Both the position numbers and the translations under genes were made by a program. DNA of 63,568 nt, counting the filler, from Choristocarpus tenellus KU-1152 (lineage: Eukaryota > Protista > Phaeophyceae), in the NCBI GenBank assembly GCA_964200185.2. It is 13 parts of 13 records of this genome, joined end to end, with 100 filler letters (N's around TTAATTAATTAA, not from the genome) between each part and the next. Parts side by side here need not be neighbours in the genome. Positions count along the whole stretch, not along the records: positions 36,398 to 39,032 come from CAXNAD020026085.1; positions 39,133 to 42,095 come from CAXNAD020023321.1; positions 42,196 to 45,178 come from CAXNAD020023167.1; positions 45,279 to 49,996 come from CAXNAD020013359.1; positions 50,097 to 52,926 come from CAXNAD020024371.1; 8 more parts are not named here. The stretch is one strand, 5' to 3'. Under the pieces are notes generated by a model that searched no databases, was not told where the DNA came from, and was given only the letters and a program-made list of their open reading frames with translations. Numbering within the stretch: the stretch's first letter is position 1; every line of letters starts with the position of its first letter. Below, piece by piece: positions 38,651-52,517 of this stretch.

Positions 38651-39740
38651 CAAACTACCAGCTTGTATTGACTGTTGATTGGTGTACTGCACTGGTTGCT
38701 AGTATTCATTTATTTATTGCGCATCCCAACTCATCGTCACATCGATGGCAGTAGATAGAAGTATAACATCAGTTGGTATTCAGTTGATCCACACCACACA
38801 CAGGAACATCATAGCACACGTCATTCAAGTTACTTCAGAACTTGCATCAAGTGCATTCCACTATTACCTTGTGTTTCTTTTTTTCTATTTGTTGTTGTCT
38901 GTCATCTCTGTCCTTTCTTTTTTATATGCGCAAGACCCCAGATGCACGGTAATTGTTGATTGGTATTTTTATTGATTGTCATTGTCCCCTCACTGAGCAC
39001 CTCAAGCTCACTCTGCAATAGTGCCCCTGACGNNNNNNNNNNNNNNNNNNNNNNNNNNNNNNNNNNNNNNNNNNNNTTAATTAATTAANNNNNNNNNNNN
39101 NNNNNNNNNNNNNNNNNNNNNNNNNNNNNNNNAATGAAAGTGCCCTTTCCCTGGTTTTGGCCAAACGAGCACTCTTGTGTATCCCCCCCCCCCCCCCCCA
39201 GATACTTTGGGTCCAAATGCTATCAGGTGGGCAGGTAGCTTAGGGGTAGAGGTGAGTGGATGAGTGCTCCCAACCAATTACTCCAGGACATACTAGTAGA
39301 ATAAAGGTGGGCAGGCAGCAAGTATATCGAATATTGCTTTCTTCTGACCACTTCTCAATCACTGGTTTTGGACCCCTCATACTAACGTACAAAATATTAT
39401 TAAATAAGAAGGGGTTCAACTATCTTTATATGTCTTAAAATACTCGAATTGGGGTAGAGGTCCTTAGTGCCTTGAAATACAATAGCTCTGTAGGTACTGC
39501 TCCATTGAGCTGTCTACATTCAAGGAAATATATGAATCAAAGCATCTACGCTTCCTTTCCACCTTCCTCCCACCACATACTCTGCTGTGATTGCAGAGTG
39601 TGATTATTTTCCCCTTTTCTTCTCGATTCGAGGCCCTCTCAGAGGCTTGATCTTGGATGACTGACAAATTACTGTACTTTCAAAGCGCTGTGTAACAGAG
39701 TAGACATTTGTTCTGATTTTTTTACAAACTTTCTTGCAGG

Positions 39741-42011
39741 TTGAAGAGATATTGAACTGGGGCATGGGTGGGCCAACATAATACATTTTGGTGAAGTCAC
39801 TGAACCAAAGAAGGTGCACCTACCGTAGTCCATTTTCCCACGCTCACCACTTTCATTCCGTTCCTTTCTTGGGGACTACGAAGGAGACCCTCAATAAGGA
39901 GCTGGAACTCACTGCAGAAACTGGCAAAGGATTAATTAAGCAGGTAGAGATGCTCGAGCTTGCTGTCCAGAATGCCTCAGTTGATGATGGGGAGCATGAG
40001 AGGTAAGGGAATAGGCGCCGAGGATGTTAGCTCGCAGGAGAGTGTAGATTGCTGCCCGAAGGCATTCTGTTGACTCCCTGCAAGATGTAGGATGTTCCAT
40101 TGCGGTAAATATTGCATTCCGTCCCATGTACACTACCTCTTGACCTTGGCACTGCTTAACCGTGGTGATAGGAGTGTTGATTAGGTAGAAAAGCTTCCGT
40201 ACTACAACCGAAAATGAGTAGGTATGCCTACATTTTCGCCTTCCAAGAGAAAGGATATGAACATGGACACAGCCTGTTCACTTGCATGGAGCCCTTATGA
40301 CGCATTTGCCCACACAGAAAGCTTACCTAATTCCTTCAATCTTCAGATGAACACAAAAATAGTGGGAGGATTTTGCTGATGACCAATAGCATTGTGGAAG
40401 GCAAAAAACGAGTATGTAAAAAAAAATAAGGGACCCCAAAAGACTTGCCTCGAAGCATGAGCTTAGAATTTTTTTGAATTGTTTTGCCATTACTATAGGC
40501 CAGCTAACAAAACCTTTCCTAAGCATGGTGTGAAGTAAGAGATCGAGATCAAAATAATAAAATGGGTTGGGGATAAAATCGAAAGACTGCCTCATGTTTG
40601 GTGTTGCTAAGGAGATCACAGCCAAACAGAGCTCTAGTGATTACACCTCAGTGATTCGCTCGAAGGTTTTGGCATAGTGCGTTGAACCAATGTTACCCGA
40701 CAGTTCAGCAGTGCCCCTCACAAACACTCCTGAAATGGTAGTGGGAAAAATGATATCTTAATCTATAAAGACTTCTATGTCTCATCCCTCTGAGCTGGAG
40801 TCATGTCAAGCAAGGTATTTTAAGGTGTATGGATGTTGATTCCTTAGAGAAAATATAGAACTTAGAAGAATGGGTATTGCCGAAATGTGGAAGTTTCAGA
40901 GATCATGTTCTTAAACCTCCAAATGAGTAGTAATTCGACTTGTGTCTATATTGAATCCCTAAAAAACTGTGTCCATATTCAATCCCCCATATATATATAT
41001 ATATATACATATTTTCAGAATCCTCGCTTGTCACGGTAGATAAGCAATATTCCCATGTTGGTTTTCTCACCCTCTTGTATACAACGGTAAAACATCGCCA
41101 AAAAGGGAGACCTCAGTCTAAGGCCTTCATGTGGTCCACTCCCACACAAATGAGCCAAAACATTTAAGAGGGTAGGGCCGTGTCCGTTCAAGATCATAAA
41201 CTCAATGTTTCGATTTTGATGTAATTTTGGCTATCGTGTTTGTTAGCAAGTGTCAATATCCTTGCTCCGGACACACCTTTTATAGTCGTATACATTTTAG
41301 GTAACTGTGTTTGCACAGAAAACCGAGAAAGGGTATAAAAAACACACACAGGAAGCCAAGCCCCGAACAGACAAAAAGGGTAAAATTCCTACCCTCTTGA
41401 ATGTCTTAGCCCAATTTTCCTTTTTTTTGCCACATGATGAGTTGAAACCTCAGGCTCTGGCTGCCCTCAAATTCCACAATCGTGCTCATGATATCCCAGA
41501 AGTTTTTGCGGAGGTGCTTGGAGCTGCGTAAAGCCCCAAATAACAAGATAGGATAGGATATCCGACTAACCAAAAGGTTTCGATAAAATGACCGTTTTTC
41601 CTTTTTCCACTTAGCTGACCTATTTGAATCAACTATCATCGACAACCCTGGCAGAAATAACTAAGCACAGACAGAAACATACTTGGTGCAGGGACTTCAA
41701 AGGTAGGCTAGAGGTGTATGTTTTTTTCATATAAGCTGTAAATTTGAACGTTAGTCTCCCCCGAGCGACATGCAATGCCGTCTCGCAGTAATCCTTCTGC
41801 AGTCCCTCATATTCTGGGTACCCAATCTTCCACAACAAAAAGGCTAGAGAACATGTTAGCTGAGATGGAAACAGAGAGAAAGCGTATCCAGGCTGAGCAG
41901 GAGGTGCTGGAGAAGAAGGTGAAGGAACTGACCAATGCTACAGAAGATGTTGATGCTCAACTGGAAATCGCTACGAAAGAAGCAGCAGGACAGACTGAAA
42001 GTTCAAACCAG
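39741..42011 (+). CDS. Coiled-coil protein exons (unknown gene, partial)
   Basis: ETLNKELELTAETGKGLIKQVEMLELAVQ..ER|gtaag and LENMLAEMETERKRIQAEQEVLEKKVKELT..SNQ|gtatt; exon structure not fully resolved. Confidence 0.4.
41152..41412. mobile_element. MITE subfamily C copy (AAT/AAT)
   Basis: GAGCCAAAACATTTAAGAGGGTAGG...CCTACCCTCTTGAATGTCTTAGCCC; body matches 61819-62068 in opposite orientation. Confidence 0.8.
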
Positions 42012-42696
42012 GTATTTCTCTTAGAGTCAAAGTATCTTAGAGGGTACAGCTGCGTCCATTTGGGGGCCAAAATCCAATGTTGCGATTTTGATGTANNNNN
42101 NNNNNNNNNNNNNNNNNNNNNNNNNNNNNNNNNNNNNNNTTAATTAATTAANNNNNNNNNNNNNNNNNNNNNNNNNNNNNNNNNNNNNNNNNNNNCGTCA
42201 GATTGTTTGTCGCCAGAGGAGAGCAACACCATCTAAACAAGCGGAGGAATTAGCTGGAGCAGGGTTGGAGCCAGAAAAGAAAAACAGAGGAAGGCTGTCA
42301 GCAAAGGGCTGGCCAACACAAGACTTGTAAGTCTGGGGAGTAAATAATATCTACTCCAGACAATCAAAAATCATATTTTAGAACATTACTGAACCACTGT
42401 GTTTACCGAGCAGGTTGTGTCTACCGAGTAGTTGTCACAACTGCTCGGTAGACACACGGGTTTACTAGTGTTCTAACAAACGCCTCTGTCATAGGATCGA
42501 ATCTCGGCATGGTTACATGGTTAGACATCCGCCAAAAGGCTAAACACGCCGCCAAGATGTACATTCTCACATTAGTAACTGCCCAGCCAAAGCTGGTCAC
42601 TGATTAGAGGGATAGCAACCCTCAGGCGAAACCTCATCAAATCTAACAGCTCCTGATCCCCGGGATTAACTTTGGTTAGAAAATGACTAAAACCCC

Positions 42697-43360
42697 TTGT
42701 TTACCGAGGAGGTAGTCAGTGGACCTACACCATCTCCTATATCAGAGGCACTCACGGGGTCTGACACGCGAGAATGGCAAGTGGAAATTGAGAAGATGGA
42801 GCAACAATGGATGGAAGGAACATTGATAGAGAGAGAGGTTTTGACATGGGGAAGAAATCCTGTCAAGACTAAGTCCGAATTTAAGACCAAGCCAACAGCT
42901 GAGGGGACCATTGAAAAATTCAAGACCAGGTTGGTGGCACAGGACTTCACTCAACGAAAGGATTTACAAAACATTCAATTATGATAGGCTTCAAGCCCGG
43001 GGGAGTGAATGCTACATCCAATAAGAGAAACAGCAGAGGGGAGCTGGTTCAAATTTTCACCCACACACTAAGCGAAGGATCATTATGGGACACGATTGTA
43101 CATCACTGTGTTGGTACATTTAAAGAAATGGGTACAAGACTTCGTAGACACTGTATTGACTAGATGAATGACGTATGTTAGAGTTCAAGCAATCAATGTG
43201 CTTTTATTGCGTTGACAGGATAAATTTGATGTATGTGAGAGTTGAACCAAGATATATTCCTTTACTTCCACTATCATGGGGGAGTGTGCAGATTAAGGCG
43301 TTTTAGGTTTGAGAGCTCCATCAACCCTTCATTGCCTGTACTCTCATGGGGGAGTGTGTA
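42697..43360 (+). mobile_element. Ty1/copia remnant (RT N-terminus, duplicated PPT)
   Basis: EALTGSDTREW..FKTKPTAEGTIEKFKTRLVAQDFTQ; TCATGGGGGAGTGTG at ~43274 and ~43344. Confidence 0.7.
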
Positions 43361-43846
43361 AAATAGGACAATGGTGATGAGGTGTACCTTATTTTGTGTA
43401 TGAGAGATGTAACTAATGAGATAGTACATCCGGATTATGAATGGGATTACTTAGGGTTATAAATTCTGCATTCAACTACTTTGACATAACCGTAGACTTA
43501 TGTAGGAAGCACTAAATAATAATAAATAAGCACTAGGAAGACACCCCACAACTAGGTCACTGTTCAAATTTCAACCATATAATCATGTTCAGCAATGGGG
43601 AACCGCGTGAGGCTTGACACCTTCTAGTCTTCACTACTGATGAATAGCATGACCTCCCAAGGTAAATTGCACACTTTGGTTTGTCCTCTTGTTTTCTCTA
43701 TCTTTCTTCTTCTTACCAGGAGAAGTTGACAGTTGTATGTAAATTGTTGATTATTATTTCTTTCTTGGTTGCCATTGATCCCTCATAATGCACCAAGCTC
43801 ACTCTGCAACAAGTGTACCTGATGCACACCTGGATGTAATATATTC

Positions 43847-44860
43847 AGAGTTAAAACCATCCAAGGAAACCCTTGCCAGTCAAGGTAACAAGCCTTTCCA
43901 CAGAGCATGGAATTCTTTCGTTGAGTATCTCATCGAGTTAAAACCATCCACAGAAACCCTTGCCAGCCAAAGTAAGAAGCCTCTCCGCAGAGCATGAACT
44001 TCTTTCGTTGAGTATCTCATAAAAAAATACTGATTTCAAATCACAGCATTCTTGACTGAGCGATCAATGACCTCAGTTAAAACAGAATAAATACATCAGT
44101 GCTTTGCAGCACAATCACATTTATTCACATCACAGACTACGCATTATCTCATCGATTCTTTGCAATTCCAGGATTCCTCATCGCTCGTACTCTACGCATT
44201 TTGCTCACAAGTATACGATGAGTTCGATTCAGGTTTCAACAGGTTATGAGCCTCAAAACTTGATCAACACATACACAACAACACATTTGCCCAACCCTGT
44301 CTTGTACTTTCAACAACTTCACACTAGATAAACGCACTATACTGCCATGGAACGCGAGCTAACACCACCTATTTCCTCTAGCGATAACTCCCCCTGAAAT
44401 GCGTTCGAACTCTGCTTCGTGACCATCTGAAGCTGTGTGACTCCTCGGACCCAGCGAGTTTTGATCCAGCGCGCTTCTCGTCTTTTTACCACCACGACTC
44501 CACCTACCATCCCATAAGAAGAAGTTGAGGTCCAGCTGTTATGCTGTCTATGCGCAAAACAACACTAACTAGCCTCTCCACAGAGCATGGACTTCTTTCG
44601 TTGAGTATTTCATGAAAGAACACTGAATTCACATCACATCTTTCTGGATTGGACAACATCACATCATTCTTGACTTATCGTTCAATGACCTCAGTTACAG
44701 CATAGTATATACATCAGTGCCTTGCAGCACAATAAAATCTATTCACAACACCGACTAAGCATTTCTCTCATCAGCGGTTTGCAACATCATGATTCCTCAT
44801 TGCTCATAGTCGACACATTTTGCTCATAAGTACGATACATTCGATTCAGGTTTCAAGACT
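43847..44860. repeat. Complex local duplications (~89-bp tandem pair; ~280-bp block repeated at ~43978 and ~44571)
   Basis: CAGAGCATG..TTCTTTCGTTGAGTAT occurs three times; CAATGACCTCAGTTA..ACATCAGTGC..TTGCAGCACAAT occurs twice. Confidence 0.8.
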
Positions 44861-45684
44861 CTCTTCTTGCTACAACATCCTCCTTCGTCTAACCTTGTAG
44901 TCTCGTCAGACGACCCCCCTGAGACGATCTCCGTGCAGCTCAACAAAAGAACGCTAATTGAGCCAAAGTATCTCAGAGGGTATACAGCCGCGTCCATTTG
45001 GGGGCCAAAATTCAATTTTGTGATTTCGATGTAATTTTGGCTTTCGTGTTTGTTAGGAAGTGTCAATATCCGTGTTCCAGACACCATTTTAAAACGTATA
45101 CATTTTACCTACTCCGAAATATTTTTGGAGAGGGAAAATGTCATAAAAGGGTCAAAGTGTCTGGGGGGGGGGGGGGGGNNNNNNNNNNNNNNNNNNNNNN
45201 NNNNNNNNNNNNNNNNNNNNNNTTAATTAATTAANNNNNNNNNNNNNNNNNNNNNNNNNNNNNNNNNNNNNNNNNNNNCTGTTCTACATAATGAGGAAAT
45301 AATCGAGTTATTTACACACACAAGTCTTGGGAACACCAGTTTCTTTAACAAGGAATTCTAGGGCACCTGCCATGAGGTCCCGCTATCCTGGAATATTCAT
45401 CCACCCAAACTGGAGCCTGGCATTTATCACCACCACCTAGCGAACAGGATATCCAAACCTGGACGGCACATTTGGATTCACCTCCACTTACCCAAAGGCA
45501 TCCCTTAATTACCCATCTTGCTAATCACAATCCTTGCCCTTGGGAACTTCTTCCGTAATCCCATTATCCTTTGCATCAATTCTGCTAAAACCATGCCAAA
45601 ATGCAGACGGGAAACAGCATCAAAATCTGTGTGTGCATTCACACTCAGGCCCCAGCTACCCTGCTGATACCTGCTGATAGGACA

Positions 45685-46150
45685 GACCCAAAGTATCTGG
45701 GAGGAGGGGGGGGGGTTATACCAGGGTGTCCATTTGGGGCAAAATCAAAAAAGAGCCAAAGTATTTTAGAGGGTAGATCCGCGTCCATTTGGGGGTCACC
45801 ATCCAATGTTGCAATTTTTTTGTAGTTTTTGCTATTATGTTTGTTAGGAAGTGTCAGTATCCTTGTTCCGGACACACATTTTCATAACGAATACATTTTA
45901 CCTACTCGGAAACATTTTGGAGTAGGTAAAATGTCCTTAAGAACCCATGGGAAGCCAAGCCCCAAACGGACAAACAGGCCAAAACTCGTACCCTCTAAGA
46001 TACTTTCACTCAAAAGTACGTTTACAATATCCATCTGACGTACGCAACCAAATCACCCAAAATCGCGACATGAAAAAATTGACCTCAGATGGACAGCCGC
46101 CACCCCCTCTTGGGGGGGGAGGGGTCTGCACTAGGGTGTCCATTTTGTCC
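45685..46150. mobile_element. MITE B copy interrupted by a MITE A copy (45753-46011, AAA/AAA)
   Basis: The B sequence of 22460-22641 resumes immediately after the A insert. Confidence 0.85.
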
Positions 46151-46417
46151 CCGATCATGCACTGCAAGAATGGCGTAATTGTCTTCTGTCGTTGAGGGTT
46201 GGTCCTTTTTCGATGAAATATGGCACATTCTCGATTTCGGATGTGTGCCTAGCACTTGGATCCGTGTGGACTGTGTGATGATGTGAAGAAAGTCGCCCTT
46301 GTGTATAAGCTTTGGTTAGGCGGTTGTTGCTGTTTTGATGAGGCATGGAATGAGGCTTTCCTGTTGTACATTTTGCGCCTTGAGTTTGGATTATGATATA
46401 ATATACGGCAGGGTATT

Positions 46418-46675
46418 GAGCCAAAGTATCTTAGAGGTTAGAGCCGCGTCCATTTGGGGGTCAAAATCCAATGGTGCGATTTTGATAAAATTTTCGCTAT
46501 CGTGTTTGTTAGGAAGTGTCAATATCCTTGTTTCGTACACACCTTTTCATAGTCTCACACATTTTACCTACTCCTAAATATTTTGGAGTAGGAAAATGTC
46601 ATAAATACCCTATGGGAACCCAAGCCCCAAATGGACAAACAGGGAAAACTCCCACCCTCTAAGGTACTTTCACTC
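46418..46675. mobile_element. MITE family A copy (reverse orientation)
   Basis: GAGCCAAAGTATCTTAGAGG...CCCTCTAAGGTACTTTCACTC. Confidence 0.9.
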
Positions 46676-49044
46676 TAATTCCATTCGAGTTGGTTTGGCT
46701 ATCTGTCTGTCAAGGACCTTAGTGCCTGAGCAATGCCAAGAATGTTAAGGAGACGACTTGTAAGTTGTATGCTCTGGGACATGATCGCAGACGAATTGTT
46801 TGCAGTTAGATTGCCGTTGTTACTGTGGTGTAGATTATGTCGCTTAGGGTTCGCACCATGTCACACATGCATCCTGGAGTACATTATGTGGGAGAGATGG
46901 TCAGTGTCTAGTGTGTCTATATAGGATAGAGAAGGAGTGCTGCATGCAAGGAACCACACCTCAACAGGACATATAACATAATCATAGCATTGTAATGTCT
47001 ATTGAATTATGATGTAATGGCAGCTACTCCTATAACAAAAAACACACACATTCTTAAATCCGATGTCTAAGTTCTATCATCTCTAGGCATGTGAAGCCGG
47101 ATGCTACTAAGTACGAGAAAACAATCGCAGAATATATAAATTAAGAAACATTGATAATAATCAGAGCAATAAACGAAAGTGTAGCAGCACACGTGTACGT
47201 GAACAATAGAAAAATACTTTAAACCGTAAAGGTGCACTCTCACAACAACAAAAAGTTCGACCTCCCTAACAGAAGACGCCCGTGGAAGCATGTGTTGGAT
47301 GAATAAAGAGGGTGACTCACGAATACGAATACATATTGTAACTCATCCGCGCTGTGTCTCTCCTCTGCATTTCGGCAATGTGGGACTTGTCCAGAACCAG
47401 GCCCGTGTAGGAGTGTCCTGTTCTGTAGTGTACGGTTCTACAACAAGCTGGATATTTCGCAACTCACCATTCTCCCATTTCACCTTATAGGGGTGGCTGA
47501 CTTACTCCTCCCCATCTCTCACTGTGTGGCAGGGCTGGTACCTGGTCACAATCCCTCGCATCCACTGACGGTCCCATTGAAAGTACAGTCCCCTGCCCTT
47601 CGCTCTCGCATAAAGTTTTCTTCCCTTGTCCAAATCCGCCACAACCCTTTGTGACGGCTCTAGGAGGATGTATCCCTCGGTATCCTTTTCCTGGTGAACC
47701 ATCTTCCAGGGGCATTGACACGCTCAGCTGCAGGCTCATCACGGTCCCTCTTCTTCTTCTCCCATAGTTCTTTGAACCCCTCCTCAATCTCGTCCTCTGT
47801 CATGGACGAACTCAGTCCAGGGGGCAAAGCGTTCTCACCACCATCTTCTAGGTAACAAACTGAGTAGACTTATTCCCCTGAATTGCCTGTGTGAAGGTTG
47901 TGACCTCCCCCTCGCATGATAGCACCCCACCACTCGTGCAAAGGATAAAGCTGATGCCTCGCCTGAACTTGGCAACGGATGTATCTCTGAGTCTGCGTTA
48001 AATTGAGGAGCGAACAGGTATCCCGCCGTGGTATTGTGGGTTGGATTCTGAAGTGAACCTCTGCTACTGATCAGGCAGGATGGTGAATATGTCGTCCAGG
48101 TCGTTGTGGTGAATGTCTATGAAGTCAGGGATTAGGATAGCCTGAGGGAGGACAACAAGGGGACCCGGTTGTGCGTCCTACGGCACCATGACGATATTTG
48201 TTGTTATTAGGGAAGGTTGATAGGGGCGACCGTGAGGATGTTTGTGTAAGACGGTATTATTGTGGTAGACATGTGTTATTCGCAGTCCTTGACAAGAACT
48301 TGAAAAAAAAATAAAAACAGATTTCTGAAGGGAAAGAAACATACAGAAGACAATTCCAGTTTGAACATTGTTTTAGAAACTCTGTGAAAGCACTCGAGTG
48401 TGGTAGAACAGGGGGTGTACCTATATAAGAGAGGGTAGGGGCAAGCGAAAAAATCATCTCTTATATCCCGATCCTCTCTTATTTATATAAGAGCGCTTTT
48501 CTCTTAAACCGAGGGATCGTGATAAGAGAAACCTATGTTATATCGAGCAATAGTGCTCATAGGCACTTTATTCTTGTCCCCGAACGACAACAGAGCGACG
48601 CCCTTCCTTGCTCCATGTTCTTCCCATGTGCCTTCAAGAGTAGTTACATGCAGATATGTATTGAACATTGCACTCGGTGAACTCATTTCGACGAAGCTGT
48701 GGTGGGTGCAGCAAGCACAACATCTACACCAACCCTGCACGGTATATCAGTGTCATGTATACAGTACTGTAACTTTGGTAAATTACACCCATTACAATGT
48801 ATTCACTCATATGTATAGTATACCTTCCCAAGAAAAGCATTCGCAAGCCATTGGATGGCTGGACAGATGACTCGCAGTTCAAATCAAATCAACGTTCAAA
48901 GTCAATCTCCCTCCAGTGACCTGCCCTACGTATTCAGTTGCACTCTACAAGGATATTATACAGTACAGTATCAAAAACACCACCATGGATCAAATGCAGC
49001 TGCACCCCTATGCACCCCCCATCGCACGCACTGAGTAAAACAAC

Positions 49045-49891
49045 TTATTCGCCAATAAAATCACGGATGTCCGCTTGTTTGATTGCCCTTGCCCCAATTG
49101 CGCTGAGCCGTGCCAGCTTTGCTTTCCGGAGATGGTACAAAACATCGTTCATGCTGCACTCTTCGGTGGTTGTTTCTAAGCTTGCAATCTCTTCAGCTAC
49201 TTGAGAGTATGACGGTGTGGAGGGAATCTAGAACACTGAAGAGGCTGCTCCTTTCCTCATGGCCCCCGATGCGCTGTCCCTGCGCCCATAAATCCATTGT
49301 CATCCTCGTCACTCGAGCTTTCATTGTCTGACTGACACAAGGATTCCACGAGTAGCTGGTCTTGCATGTCCTCTAGTATCGCAACTGGCCACTTCATCGT
49401 TGTCTTCCACACCGACCCACGCTCTCGCTGCATCGATGGAAGCCTGAGACGTTTTTCCGCCGGGTTTGAGGTGCAGAGTGTCAAGAGCATCAAAGAGATC
49501 CTCAATTAATATATGGGAATACCTTGTGATACTACAATACACAGTACAGCAAAATTTGAAAAACTTCAATCATATCTCCTCATCAGCAGACAGTGCAGAA
49601 AGACAATTCAATCATAGTCACAATCAACCTACTTTCAGACTTTCAATCCATGCACTGACGCACCTCAACATATTTGGCACTCCTCGTAGACTTGGCGTCA
49701 GGCTTCAACGTCTGCACTTTCTCCATGATGGTTGTTGCCTCCTTCAACTTGTAGAGGGTGCTGTGACCGATTCCAAACGTTTGAGCAACTGCAGTTCCTG
49801 TCGTGGTCTTCAGGAGTGCCAACGCTTCCACCTTCTCTGCAAAGTTCAAGCTTTTACAATTGTCGGCACCACAACGCTTGTAGGATGCGTC
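49045..49891 (-). mobile_element. Internally deleted pogo/Tigger-like element (HTH plus acidic C-tail, no DDE core), abutted at 49892 by a copia LTR start
   Basis: LNFAEKVEALALLK..AVAQTFGIGHSTLYKLK..RSAKYVE|gtgcgt; tail ..SSSDEDD..LRKAK..KQADIRDFIGE* resembles the pogo C-terminus. Confidence 0.65.
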
Positions 49892-50454
49892 TGTTAATAC
49901 ATAGGCTACTCATTTGCTTCTTGTTGATATGATATGTTGAACTATCCCACACTGAACCCGCGGCTTTTATGGTGCTTTAATGAAGGACAAAGAACANNNN
50001 NNNNNNNNNNNNNNNNNNNNNNNNNNNNNNNNNNNNNNNNTTAATTAATTAANNNNNNNNNNNNNNNNNNNNNNNNNNNNNNNNNNNNNNNNNNNNGGGG
50101 GGGGGGGGGGGGGGGAAGGTGGGAACCATCAGATGACTCAGCAGTAAAAGCAAAAAAAAACTATATTTTTATAAATAACGAGACACCATTGATAAAAAAA
50201 GTATACATTACTTCATAACAAGACCGGAATGATCAAACGCACCAAAAAGAAGATATACGTTCTCAAAAATTGGAACAATTTAAGTGTAAAAAAAAAAGAA
50301 AAGGGATAGTGTTTAAAAAGATGATACGCGTGCAATCATAGCAGTCTACATATTTAAAATTCATTAACCTCGTGTAAGAACATCAGTACACATCGACAAA
50401 AAGAGGCCTAAGAAGATTGTTCTAGCACCAGCAAGAACTTTTAAAACTTAAAAA

Positions 50455-50775
50455 ACCGTTAGGGCATTTGAACCATTAGAACATTAAAAAACCGTTAGGA
50501 CATTTGAACCATTTGAACCATTAGAACATTTAAACTGTCAGGACATTTAAACCATTAGAACATTAAAACCGTTAGGACATTTGAACCAGTAGAACATTTA
50601 AACTGTCAGGACATTTAAACCATTAGAACATTTAAACTGTCAGGACATTTAAACCATTAGAACATTTAAACTGTCAGGACATTTAAACCATTAGAACATT
50701 TAAACTGTCAGGACATTTAAACCATTAGAACATTTAAACCGTTAAAACTGTTAGAACACTTAAACCGTTAAAAAC
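50455..50775. repeat. 34-bp minisatellite built from two related 17-bp subunits
   Basis: (CATTTAAACTGTCAGGA CATTTAAACCATTAGAA)n with degenerate edges. Confidence 0.92.
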
Positions 50776-51050
50776 CTTTTTTTTTTTGAACAACAAAAAA
50801 CAAGAAGATTGAGCAGTGTGGGCACAGGTGGGGACACGGTACGAACAGCAACCTTTTCCACCAATAGAACAGCAGCCAGCCCCGCTGATCTCCATGTTTA
50901 TTTGTTGTTTGTGGGGATGATGGGGTTACTCAAACAGTAGCGCAATACAGTACTGCAGGCATGCATATGCATATGCATAAGTATAAGTATCTTACAACGG
51001 TGGTGGCGGTCCAATCTAAAATGTTCATGTTCACATTGCATTTTAGACAA

Positions 51051-51087
<37 letters not shown>

Positions 51088-51541
51088 TTTCAACACCTAT
51101 CAGGCATTCTCACTGCTGCTGAGACACGACAATTATCTCGGAGTAAGCCTAAGACACACCAACTCAATACGCTCTATCGATCATTAAAGATTTTTTTTTA
51201 AACTAATGTACAGGAAGGCGTGTGTTTCATGCATTTCGAGAATATACCTACGTATCCCTCTAAAGAAAAAAAAAAAAGGCCTCCTTCTCTCTTGACAAAA
51301 GCGATGCAGCCTCCATCCATTGGAGTTCCTGGGTTGTATAACCTCCAATCACATCACTTTTTTTCTTTCTTTCTTTCTTTCTTTCTTTCCCCCCCCCCCT
51401 CCCCCCATGACAACACGCCTTATTAAAAATGTCAATAATAATAATAATAATTAACAGGCGATAAGTCTCTCTCACCCCTCAGAATACGCCAATCAACTAT
51501 CAACTAACAAAGTAATGGGCGATAAGATAACCCTCTCTCAC

Positions 51542-51696
51542 CTCTCCCTCAGCTTGTTCTGGCTGAGGGTAATCATGATCCTGTTGAACGAAGATATGTC
51601 CGGCTCTACCCCATGGTCTGCAAAGACCTGAGTCATCTCCTCCCACAACGCATCCGCCTCCTCCACCTCCCCATTCAGCTCCATGGCGCAGATTGC
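51542..51696 (-). CDS. Pentatricopeptide-repeat (PPR) protein exon
   Basis: tag|AICAMELNGEVEEADALWEEMTQVFADHGVEPDISSFNRIMITLSQNKLRE|gtgag fits the PPR consensus G..EEA..L..EM...GV.PD...FN. Confidence 0.8.
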
Positions 51697-51827
51697 CTAG
51701 TCAAAAAACACAATCAAACAATCAAGAACCAAGCAAGACTCAGGTCATCCAGTGTTCTTCTTCTTTTTTTTGTGGTCATCAACAGGCTCACCGCTCTGTG
51801 GGTCCCAATACAAAAAAGCACATAATG

Positions 51828-51870
<43 letters not shown>

Positions 51871-52485
51871 CATCACACATATATATGTACGTGTGATGAA
51901 GGACACATAATGTATGCGCATATACTAAAAAAAAAAGATGATAAATGTTGTCGAATCAATTATTATTATTATTATTATTATTAGTTGTAGTATCATTACT
52001 ATTATTATTATTATTATTTGTAGTATCATTCGTGAAACGGTTCAAAAACCGTCAGACAGGTTGCTCGAGACTGATGGGGAGGGGGAAGACCCACGGGGAG
52101 GAAGGGAAAGGAAGAGAGACAAGCCAAAGGAGGAGGGTGGGGGGGGGGGAGGGGGGGGAGCAACTGAATACCTTCCCTCCGAGGGTTGGTCATCGGGAAA
52201 GCAATGAACACTGAAACTGAATGAAGAAGGGACTTGCAAGCTCAAATCCTCAACATCAAACCATCAACTATCATGTAATCGAACTCTATAAGAGTGGCAG
52301 TATCACGCCCTTCTATTAAATAAACGCTCCTTTTGATCATCCCATCCCATCCCATCCCACCCCCATCCCACCACACAGCTTCTGTCTTGATTCCGGTCTT
52401 GATTCTGACTTTTTAAAATCAGCGTCCACTAGACAGACCCACCACATTGTAAAAAAATTATTTAAAAACAACACAACTGCAAGCA

Positions 52486-52517
<32 letters not shown>

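Noticed and set aside
47300-48250. Possible degenerate minus-strand retroelement or tudor-like coding remnant
   Set aside because: Fragmented frames and no diagnostic motif I can name with confidence.
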